Shown in pieces: positions 57,001-64,000 of a DNA stretch of 64,000 nt. Both the position numbers and the translations under genes were made by a program. Under the pieces are notes generated by a model, which was given only the letters and a program-made list of their open reading frames with translations, searched no databases and was not told the origin of the DNA. The DNA comes from Bacilli bacterium. Its GTDB lineage: Bacteria > Bacillota_I > Bacilli_A > ML615J-28 > CAG-698. The stretch spans positions 18,757 to 82,756 of the forward strand of contig JAGCUR010000016.1 of NCBI GenBank assembly GCA_017962745.1. The letters run 5' to 3'. Position 1 is the stretch's first letter; each line of letters starts with the position of its first letter.

Positions 57001-60000
57001 CAATTGATAATGTATTAGTTGCTGGATTATATGAAACGCTATAATGAGTTTCACCAGCTTTGCTTAGGAAGAATTGTCCGTTTGCTGCAGATGTTCCATC
57101 AACATCAGCATATAATACATTGCTACTAGGAGCTGCATGTGGTGCATCCAAAACAGCAGATCCTACAATCTTAGCATTGCTATATTTAATTGAGAATACT
57201 GATTCATCAGCAAATACTTTTTCAATACGTACGTTAGACCAAATATTAGTTAATGTAAATGATCCTTCATATACGCCTGTTTCTTCATTTTTAACTAAAT
57301 CTGCACTTACTGTACCAGCAATTTGCATCTTAACTAATTCAGATTCAGGTTCAACTACATTAACTACTACAGCCTTAGTTTCTGGATTGTAAGTAACTTT
57401 ATAAGTAGTCTTAGCACTAATTCCATGGCAGAAGTTACCAGCTGCAACAGCTGCATCTTCATCAGCATATAATTGAGCATTTTCAGGAGATCCTGCTGCC
57501 TTTGCAGACAAGATACCATCGCCAGAGAATGTTGCATTGTTATAAGTTAGAGCTACAGTTGAAGAATCGCTATATACTTCAGCAAATGCTACACTGCCCC
57601 ATAAGGCACTGATTTCAAATTTGCCTTCCCATACTTTGCCTTCTGCGTTGTATGCTAGAGCAACATCTGCAGCACCACTTACTTTAACACCAGTTAATAC
57701 TGGAACTTCAGGTTTAACATATACTAATTGACTGATAATAAATGGGTTACCAGAACCAGCTGTACCAATGTTAGGGAATACTACCATAGCAGGTGCATTT
57801 GAATTATAAGTAGCATTTGCAAAATTAATTGTGCCCTCCATTGCTTTGCCAGTCATTTCAATCCAGCTTTCAGCATCTTGGTTATTATTAGGTTTAATGC
57901 ATAATACATCACCTTGTGTTCCACTAACTACATATTTAACTTCTGTAGCACCAGTTAGATCAGTAGGTACTGTGATTTCGATGCAATCCCATTGTTCAGT
58001 ATTGTTAGTAGTTTTAGTTAAAACTAAATCTCTACAAGCCTTAACATTTGCATCAACAACGATTTCGCAAACTAATAAATCGATAGGATCTTTATCTGCG
58101 CCTTGTAATTCAAGCTTTGTAAGCGTGAATTCATTTCCTAGACCAGGTATATTGAAGTCAGGGAACATAATCATCGCCTTCTTGCTAGCATCCCAAGTAA
58201 ATCCTTCAGGTAAATCAAACTCAACTGCTAAAGCTTCGCCAGTTGTTGTAACACCTTTTTCAAGAGTGTCATTTACTTTGAATGTAAAGGCAGCTCCTTC
58301 AGGTCCAGTAATTTCTGCAACCATCGTAGTGTAACCAGTTAAATCACCATTATATAATAATCCAACCCAGTTCCATGCACCACCACCGTTCTTCATCATA
58401 CGAATTTGATGAGCAACTTGAATAGTCTTAGGATTAATTGTACCAGTTAATAGGTCAATACTATCTGCTACAGCTTCAGGGTAAACAGGAACATATACCT
58501 CTTCAGCTTTTACAAAATCAATTGAAATTAATTCGATTGAACCAGTTGTTAAAGCTGCATCGCCTTCTAGACCACTGCTTGGGAATACGACGCATTTACG
58601 AATATTTTCTACAGCGAATGCTTTACCAGCAGCTTCAGCAGCAGCTTTGAATTCAGCTAAGTTCCATGTGAATGTAACTAGGCCATCTTCTCCAGCAACT
58701 TGAGTAGTTTTGTTACCTTTAATAGCATCATATGCATTACTTTCAGGAGTAGTTGAAGCATCAATCTTAGCACAGATTCTTAAACCAGGAGTAGCTTTAA
58801 ATTTAACTACTACATCTGTATAACCTTTATCAGTTACAGAATCAAAATCCCATCTTGCCCATCCATTATTTCCACTGTTTTCTGCAGGAAGACCTGTGAA
58901 TGTAACAGTTTGTAATCCTTCCCAACTAGCGAATGTAGGAGAGCTTTGGTTAACAGCAACAGGTTCTACATGACCAGGATTTTCTGGTTCTGGTTCAGCA
59001 GGTTTTTCAACGATATATTTCATTTCTAGAATGAATACAGGGTTGTCTGTACCATTAACAAGTAAATCAACGAATAAAATCATTGCTGACTTAGCTGGGT
59101 TATATTGCATACCAGTTAAATCAATCATACCTTCTTGAAGAGTACCATCTAAAGTAACTTGTCTTTGATAACTTCCATTATCATTAGGTTTGAGTGTAGC
59201 TATTGTATTGAATCCAGGAGCGCCAATAATAGCGTATTTAACAGCTGCATAACCAGTTAAATCATCACTAACTTGGAATTTAGCGCAGTCATATTGTTCT
59301 GCATTGTCAGCAGCTTTTGTTAATGTTAAAGCTTTTTGAGCAGTGCAAGGATCTGCTTTAGTGATAGTAGCATCTAATAGATTGATTGGATCCTTGCCTT
59401 CGCCTTGTAATTCAAGGCTAGCAATTAGATAATACTTACCAGTACCTACTACATCTGCATCAGGCATTAAAAGTAATGCTTGCTTGCTTGCATCTAAAGT
59501 AAAGTCTAGTGCATGTTCAATTTCTTGCCATTGGCCATTCATTGTATATCTAGTTTCTTTAGGTTGAAGATCATTAGGTTTGAATAATAAAATTCCATCC
59601 TTTGGACCATAAACTTTAGCAACGATCTTATCATAGCCTTCTAAATCTGTTTCCTCAGGTTTGAAAGCAATCCAATCCCAGTTGCCTGAGTTTGTAGCCT
59701 TAGAAATAACTAAGCCTTCACCAGCAATGTGATGTTGAGGATCAATTGTAACAGGTAATAAGTTAACATCACCGATTTCTTTTACAGAATATATTGCTAA
59801 TTCTGTGAAGTAAATGTTATTGCCGTTTTCGCAAGCGCCAGCTACAGGACCTACACAGAATTCAATTGTTGGACCCCATTCAAATTTTTCATTTTGAACA
59901 GTGAACATAATATCAAATGTCTTATAATCAGTTGTTAATGCAACAACATCAGTTCCTTCTTCTGCTAATGGATATTTTTCCATCCATACACCAGTTGCAT

Positions 60001-62941
60001 TTCCATCCATTGCTTCACCAATGTTGAATTGAACTGATCTTGCTTTGTCAGCTTTAGCAGTGAATCTTAAAACATATGTTTCGCCTTGAACAACAGTTGG
60101 ATTGAACTTCATCTTATTAGCTGATGCCCAATCACCGATTGCAGAAATTTCAACCTTGTATTCGCCTTCTGTTTCAGTAACTGCGCAGAATTCTGCAGCA
60201 GCAGGTGCTAATGGAGCTAAATCAAGAATAACTTCATCTGGAACAGAAATAGTGTTACCTTTTTCTCTTACAGAGATTTTAACAGGGTGTTCTGTCTTAT
60301 TACCAGCAGCATCAACTACTTCAATAATAACTTGGTATTCACCAGGTTTAGTGAAGTCAACATCTGCTAAACCTTTAACCATTGCTTCAGTTAAAGTAAT
60401 AGCACCATCTACATTATCAGTAACTGTGAAGTTAGCAATAATATCAGCAGCGCTTAAAGCAGTTCCAGCATAAGTCTTAAGGTCTTTACCTTCAACTTTT
60501 GGAGCTTCTTTATCGTTAACTGTAATAGTAACAGTTAATGTAGCAACATTACCACTTGAGTCTTTAACTGTATAAACGATGTCATAAGTTCCAGCTTTAT
60601 TGATGTTAGCGTTAGTTTCAATCATATCCATAGTGATTTCGATTGGACCATCAACAGCATCTGTAGCAGTGATGAACTTAGTGATATCTGGAGTAGCTGA
60701 GAATTGATCAAATACTTTTACAAGTCCTTCAGCTTCAGTTAATACTGGAGCAACAGTATCTGCTTCTTCTAAGACTTTAATCTTTAAAGTAATAGTAGAT
60801 TCAGCACCTTCACTATCAGCAACTTTATAAACAACATCATATGTACCAGGAGTATTCATATCAATAGCTTCAGTGATATGAGCAGCAGTAATTTCGATGT
60901 TTCTTGCATCTTCTCTATCGTATGCAATTACATATTGAGTTAGATCAGGTTTTTCTTGACCTTTACCAAATGTAGTTGGAAGTTCACCATTAATCTTTAA
61001 TGTTGGAGCAGCATTTTGGTTAGATAATAGATAGAATTGTAAGTTATCGAAATAGAATGTATTTCCGATTTCTTTTTCTGAATTCCATTCAAATGTACCA
61101 TTCTTTAACTCACAAGAAATTCCAGTATATCCATCTGCACTTGCGTTAGCATGTACGTAGAATACAACGTATTTAGTCTCAAATTCAGTTGAAACATTTA
61201 ATGGATAGTTAGATGCACCAGCAAAGTTTTCAAGCCATACTGGAGCATCAGCAGCAAGACCGATACGAACTGTCATTTGTCTAGCAACTGCAGCCTTAAC
61301 ATCAAACTTCAACATGTACCAATTGCCGCCTTGCAATACAGTTGAATCTGTATCGATAATTGGGCAAGAAGCTGAGTCATATCCAGGAGCATCAGTTGAT
61401 CTATTGTGATGTACTAATACGCCATCAGCAATGTACATTTCAGGATCACCAGCACCACCATGTAAACGCCAATGTTCCCAAATTGGGTCAGTTGTGCCTT
61501 CTTCATATCTTGAATCAGTTGAGAATGTAGGATCAGCGATTAGATTTGTACTATATGCTTTAGCAAATTCTACAGTTCTAGTAGCTTCGCCTCTATTTCC
61601 AGCTGTGTCAATAGCAAAGATTGTAACTTGTTTTTCTTCATATGTACCAGCAGCAATACCAGTCATATCAACATCAAGTTTAGAATTCATTACCATATCA
61701 ACGTTATCTTGAGCAGTAACGCCATTTAAGATGAATCCTTTTAATACATTTAAGTCATCTACGTCAGCAGGTAAAACTATTTTTCCTTCAGGAACGTTAA
61801 TTACAGGAGCAGTAACGTCTTTTGCTTCTGCGAATGCGAATTTAACTTCAGTGAATGTTAAGTTAGCATCTTCTGGAGCAGTAAGTTTTAAAGCGCCTTC
61901 TGCGATTGCAGAATTAACTCTGAAGTAAATAGTAATTTCATTATCGCCAGCTGCTAATTCAATCTTAGCTTGAGCAGTACCATTAGTAATAGCAGGTACT
62001 AATTCACAAGCAGCAGCTGCATTAACTTTGAATGATAACTTAGCTAATGCGAAATCAGAAAGTTGAGTGTTAATGCTTTCTAAAGCAACAGCGAATTGAT
62101 AATCATTACCTTCTTTAGTAAATTCTTTATCTGCTAATTCTTCAAATTGGAATTCACCTAAACCAACTGTGATAATTCTAGTTGCTTTAGCTTCATTTCC
62201 TGCGGCGTCAGTTACAGAATATTTAATTTCGTAATCGCCAAGTTTCCAAATATTTAATTCGCCAGAAACTTGAATATTAGCAGAAACATCACCATCGATA
62301 GCATCATTTGCGCTAACATTATCTGTTAGTTTGAATGCTGCATCACCAATAATGATAGTCTTATTTTGAGTACCAGTTAATAATGGAGCATCTGTGTCGT
62401 TAGCAACGACAGTAACTTTTCTAACTACAGTTGTTACATTGCCTTCATTGTCTCTTACAGTGTATGTAACAGTGTATTCACCAACTAGGTTGTAGTTAAC
62501 GCTACCTTGAATGTCGATTTGATTTGTTAAATCGCCATCTTCTTCGTCGCGTGCAGTTACGCCATCCATTGGTGCAAATCTTTCACCTTTTAAGATTTGT
62601 ACATCATCTGCACCACTAATAACAGGTTTGTTACTAGCAACTACAGTGATTTCTAGACTAGCTTCGCCAGTCTTTTTTCCGCTTTTAGCGGTAACTGTAA
62701 TAGTAACTTTACCAGCACTAACACCGGTAACAGCACCATTATTTACAGTTGCGACAGCATCATTGCTTGAAGCCCATGTGAATGTAGCTCCCTTCTTTGA
62801 TGCTTCAGGAGTCAAATTAATTGTTTGACCAACTTTAACTTGTGCATCGCCTGATAACTTAACAGTTACTTTTCCGCAGGCAACTAAGCTAAATGTTACA
62901 AGTAACAATAAAATTGACATCAAAATTCTTTTTGTTCTCAT
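54047..62941 (-). CDS. Giant (2964 aa) multi-domain surface lipoprotein with Ig-like (Big_2, DUF5011-type) spacers and many CBM-like modules; no catalytic domain recognised
   Basis: Lipobox SLVAC; Big_2 (TWASSNDAVATV); many A.D.EDGD...GEY.V.Y.V.D..GN Ig repeats; CBM4/9-like modules (~61025-61550, ~59785-60235); repeats shared with the 940-aa protein; three SusE/F-like repeats; CBM77-like and DUF6359-like segments. Confidence 0.8.
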   Translation of the reverse strand: MRTKRILMSILLLLVTFSLVACGKVTVKLSGDAQVKVGQTINLTPEASKKGATFTWASSNDAVATVNNGAVTGVSAGKVTITVTAKSGKKTGEASLEITVVASNKPVISGADDVQILKGERFAPMDGVTARDEEDGDLTNQIDIQGSVNYNLVGEYTVTYTVRDNEGNVTTVVRKVTVVANDTDAPLLTGTQNKTIIIGDAAFKLTDNVSANDAIDGDVSANIQVSGELNIWKLGDYEIKYSVTDAAGNEAKATRIITVGLGEFQFEELADKEFTKEGNDYQFAVALESINTQLSDFALAKLSFKVNAAAACELVPAITNGTAQAKIELAAGDNEITIYFRVNSAIAEGALKLTAPEDANLTFTEVKFAFAEAKDVTAPVINVPEGKIVLPADVDDLNVLKGFILNGVTAQDNVDMVMNSKLDVDMTGIAAGTYEEKQVTIFAIDTAGNRGEATRTVEFAKAYSTNLIADPTFSTDSRYEEGTTDPIWEHWRLHGGAGDPEMYIADGVLVHHNRSTDAPGYDSASCPIIDTDSTVLQGGNWYMLKFDVKAAVARQMTVRIGLAADAPVWLENFAGASNYPLNVSTEFETKYVVFYVHANASADGYTGISCELKNGTFEWNSEKEIGNTFYFDNLQFYLLSNQNAAPTLKINGELPTTFGKGQEKPDLTQYVIAYDREDARNIEITAAHITEAIDMNTPGTYDVVYKVADSEGAESTITLKIKVLEEADTVAPVLTEAEGLVKVFDQFSATPDITKFITATDAVDGPIEITMDMIETNANINKAGTYDIVYTVKDSSGNVATLTVTITVNDKEAPKVEGKDLKTYAGTALSAADIIANFTVTDNVDGAITLTEAMVKGLADVDFTKPGEYQVIIEVVDAAGNKTEHPVKISVREKGNTISVPDEVILDLAPLAPAAAEFCAVTETEGEYKVEISAIGDWASANKMKFNPTVVQGETYVLRFTAKADKARSVQFNIGEAMDGNATGVWMEKYPLAEEGTDVVALTTDYKTFDIMFTVQNEKFEWGPTIEFCVGPVAGACENGNNIYFTELAIYSVKEIGDVNLLPVTIDPQHHIAGEGLVISKATNSGNWDWIAFKPEETDLEGYDKIVAKVYGPKDGILLFKPNDLQPKETRYTMNGQWQEIEHALDFTLDASKQALLLMPDADVVGTGKYYLIASLELQGEGKDPINLLDATITKADPCTAQKALTLTKAADNAEQYDCAKFQVSDDLTGYAAVKYAIIGAPGFNTIATLKPNDNGSYQRQVTLDGTLQEGMIDLTGMQYNPAKSAMILFVDLLVNGTDNPVFILEMKYIVEKPAEPEPENPGHVEPVAVNQSSPTFASWEGLQTVTFTGLPAENSGNNGWARWDFDSVTDKGYTDVVVKFKATPGLRICAKIDASTTPESNAYDAIKGNKTTQVAGEDGLVTFTWNLAEFKAAAEAAGKAFAVENIRKCVVFPSSGLEGDAALTTGSIELISIDFVKAEEVYVPVYPEAVADSIDLLTGTINPKTIQVAHQIRMMKNGGGAWNWVGLLYNGDLTGYTTMVAEITGPEGAAFTFKVNDTLEKGVTTTGEALAVEFDLPEGFTWDASKKAMIMFPDFNIPGLGNEFTLTKLELQGADKDPIDLLVCEIVVDANVKACRDLVLTKTTNNTEQWDCIEITVPTDLTGATEVKYVVSGTQGDVLCIKPNNNQDAESWIEMTGKAMEGTINFANATYNSNAPAMVVFPNIGTAGSGNPFIISQLVYVKPEVPVLTGVKVSGAADVALAYNAEGKVWEGKFEISALWGSVAFAEVYSDSSTVALTYNNATFSGDGILSAKAAGSPENAQLYADEDAAVAAGNFCHGISAKTTYKVTYNPETKAVVVNVVEPESELVKMQIAGTVSADLVKNEETGVYEGSFTLTNIWSNVRIEKVFADESVFSIKYSNAKIVGSAVLDAPHAAPSSNVLYADVDGTSAANGQFFLSKAGETHYSVSYNPATNTLSIDFAVPAVPASIKAVKYDGAKQGDFVLKDGKYEALVELGAWNRISFVVVAEDDSEVALWYTNAKFEGAITAADKLGDAWNKYLYHEAGDGARWMPGQALKYKLVYDPATNTMTVSIDKTAPVVTVADAVLQALAAANLTEGQDASALFAQLLAGLSANDDFDGAITVTQEMVDLGGLTLNQLVAGDYKVTVTVKDAAGNEGKAELPVHVAPYPYTKHTLDASTMTQETIEAALTVDNFFTVLPNGTKVVVDGNNKNAGSVSFTQRLKLGGKSTTSAGAVKFVTKSSSVKVTVYAYSSSSSENRNVHIFGEDGVAVATKLAYGAGEITILEAVLDKPGTYFIGGLEAAINIYGVVVEEGYTAPAAPANVDLLADMPAPKADYKSPNWKVEKYTTDWTVQTDVQMRSRTSDGGAIVTNMANGYGMTMRFTYGTGSSLGLANTLSFKMGNYWSDKAEMSIKIKVVTVAGKEIYVLGSSSEWYAFHTTTDVEDFNLHFDAAEIKQVVFVTKSALQKSTYLYVGSLHLTYELSSQEHPLTVEEALDIAARMSRSSDDVQEVWVKGYVVNAGADQNTYVQNIKIASTLGGKPALLIFSANKGADITKIYVNDEILIHGYLMNYSGTLEISSTKVDGQTQYSEIAACKVGNGTVSVSETSSEHATVKEISAETGANGSTFTFKVDVENGHEIESVTVNGVAVSAVEGVYTAVIGGPTQILVQTTEAGVVVLPSLSFDGSTPVVAGGAATTDMSVKNTGSDYYYQTGGTAETKYSYQILGSKAYFAEAPAKLIVTVKIGTGSNKDLDDDHAAYAVLLDKDGNEIESTRTMITKSFKTAAVEYTIEIVPTAAFAGIKVYETKVASWNMRLYSITVEVDETPASSPAAFQLANLEAEGNARNHIEGAGAWIWIDASSMGLTAENKAEFTVEAETSGQAPAIVGQQLDDLANGAVRCYVTFANAEFAATTTINLTIHHGDVAYQGTVIFSGNELAQ

Positions 62942-62990
62942 AATTTTAAAACTTTTCCTCCTTAACTTTTATAATTTGATTTGTTTAAAA

Positions 62991-63935
62991 TTATTCACCA
63001 GCAATACCTGAACGATCCGCGCTCTCTACAAACCATTTTTGAGTGAACGCATACAATAACAATAATGGCAAAATTGTCAGCATTGTTCCCGCAAATAAAA
63101 CACCTTGATTGAACGATTCTGCTGCACTTCCAATACCAATCGATCCAGATGGGAATAGTTGTGAATACATGTGTTCAAAACTAGATAATGCCATCTGTAA
63201 AGTAGTAATGTTTCCTTGGAAATAAGTTGTAGCTAAAACCGTCTCATTCCAGTACCAAACAAATGAATATAATATACATATTATAAATGCCGGTACCGAC
63301 ATAGGAATCGCGATTCTAACGAAAATTCCTACTTCACTCGCTCCATCAATCTCAGCGGATTCACTTAATTCATGAGGTATAACCTTAAAAAACTGATAAA
63401 AGATTAAGATGAATACGCTTTGACGCAACCCAAATCCAGTTAAGGCCGGATAGATATACGCCTTTAGACTGCCTAACATATGAAACTTTTGAAATATAAC
63501 ATACGTCGGGATACTCATTAACATTGTTGGGAGTAAGAATATACCAACAAGTAAAGCCATCCAGATTTTTTTACCTGGAAACTCAAAATGAGCAAATCCA
63601 TAACCAATCAGTGATGATGAGATCACCGCACATAATGTTGGCAGAATACCAACTTTTAGAGAATCGCCAAGCGATTTCCAAAAGTTTAATACTTCGCTTG
63701 CTTTTTGATAATTACCAAAAACAAACCTTGTTGGAATCCAAATTACCGTTGGATCCATTAAATCTTCCAAACCCATAAAACTCTTCGAAATCATCTTTAG
63801 GATAGGATACATGAAAATAAAACTAATACCGATTAACAACAAGTAAATGAAGAATTTACCAACGAATCCAGATTCGCCTCTTTCACCGAGTAAAAACTTC
63901 TTAAATGTTTTCTTCTTCTTAAATGTATTTTCCAT
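62991..63935 (-). CDS. Carbohydrate ABC transporter permease (MalG-like)
   Basis: ELSESAEIDGA EAA motif, SFVWYWNET, QKWFVESADRSG; start ATG 63935. Confidence 0.92.
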   Translation of the reverse strand: MENTFKKKKTFKKFLLGERGESGFVGKFFIYLLLIGISFIFMYPILKMISKSFMGLEDLMDPTVIWIPTRFVFGNYQKASEVLNFWKSLGDSLKVGILPTLCAVISSSLIGYGFAHFEFPGKKIWMALLVGIFLLPTMLMSIPTYVIFQKFHMLGSLKAYIYPALTGFGLRQSVFILIFYQFFKVIPHELSESAEIDGASEVGIFVRIAIPMSVPAFIICILYSFVWYWNETVLATTYFQGNITTLQMALSSFEHMYSQLFPSGSIGIGSAAESFNQGVLFAGTMLTILPLLLLYAFTQKWFVESADRSGIAGE

Positions 63936-63942
63936 AACCCAC

Positions 63943-64000
63943 CTACTTATACTTCCTATTAGCAAGTTTGAAGATTAATACATATACAAATATTACTACT
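63943..64000 (-). CDS. 3' end of an upstream membrane-protein gene (probably a MalF-like permease), truncated
   Basis: ...VVIFVYVLIFKLANRKYK-TAG ends 7 nt before the next permease start. Confidence 0.55.
   Translation of the reverse strand, partial: VVIFVYVLIFKLANRKYK

Noticed and set aside
54047-62941. Hidden catalytic GH/PL domain or cellulosomal scaffoldin in the 2964-aa protein
   Set aside because: I could not recognise catalytic, cohesin or dockerin motifs, and the sequence parses into ~90-170-aa beta modules. An HMM or structure search is still needed to exclude this fully.
2402-63778. Many short ORFs antisense or out of frame to long genes (for example 5034-5324, 6161-6595, 7396-7836, 11439-11855, 39365-39775, 57831-58334)
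   Set aside because: They are shadows of well-supported genes, reflect reverse-complement codon bias, and have no recognisable motifs.

Overview
AT-rich chromosomal window read with genetic code 11 (Trp=TGG; TGA ends several genes). Gene content and style suggest a Bacilli/Acholeplasmatales-Anaeroplasma-like gut or rumen bacterium, which is an inference. Most genes are on the - strand. No CRISPR array, prophage or transposase was seen. Main blocks: (1) 221-5033, a DUF368 undecaprenyl-P translocase, a CapD/PglF-type dehydratase, a GlmU uridyltransferase-only protein and a NahK-like kinase. (2) mscL, DUF3737, tRNA-Gly(GCC), a GGDEF protein, a fused MacB-like ABC transporter, DUF2188 and an atypical SSB. 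(3) 12082-36556, a 24-kb LacI-associated locus predicted to use beta-1,2-glucan: a GH94 phosphorylase fused to a GH144 domain, a GH144 lipoprotein, a GH3, two solute-binding proteins, two permease pairs (one fused), an NHL/TPR/Yip1 protein, a DUF5696-like protein and a 940-aa repeat lipoprotein. (4) CotH, PadR/DUF1700/DUF4097, deoD/deoC, ileS, yggT/sepF/yggS, argS, a Phd-PIN toxin-antitoxin pair, GNAT and M3 peptidase. (5) A CE7 esterase interrupted by one in-frame TGA, a mannose-6-P isomerase-like gene, a 2964-aa multi-domain lipoprotein and the end of a second, paralogous sugar ABC locus. The best candidate for an undescribed system is a multi-subunit surface glycan capture and import module that appears twice, with both large lipoproteins sharing a ~120-aa repeat I cannot assign to a known family. 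All family calls come from motif recognition by eye; no database searches were run.
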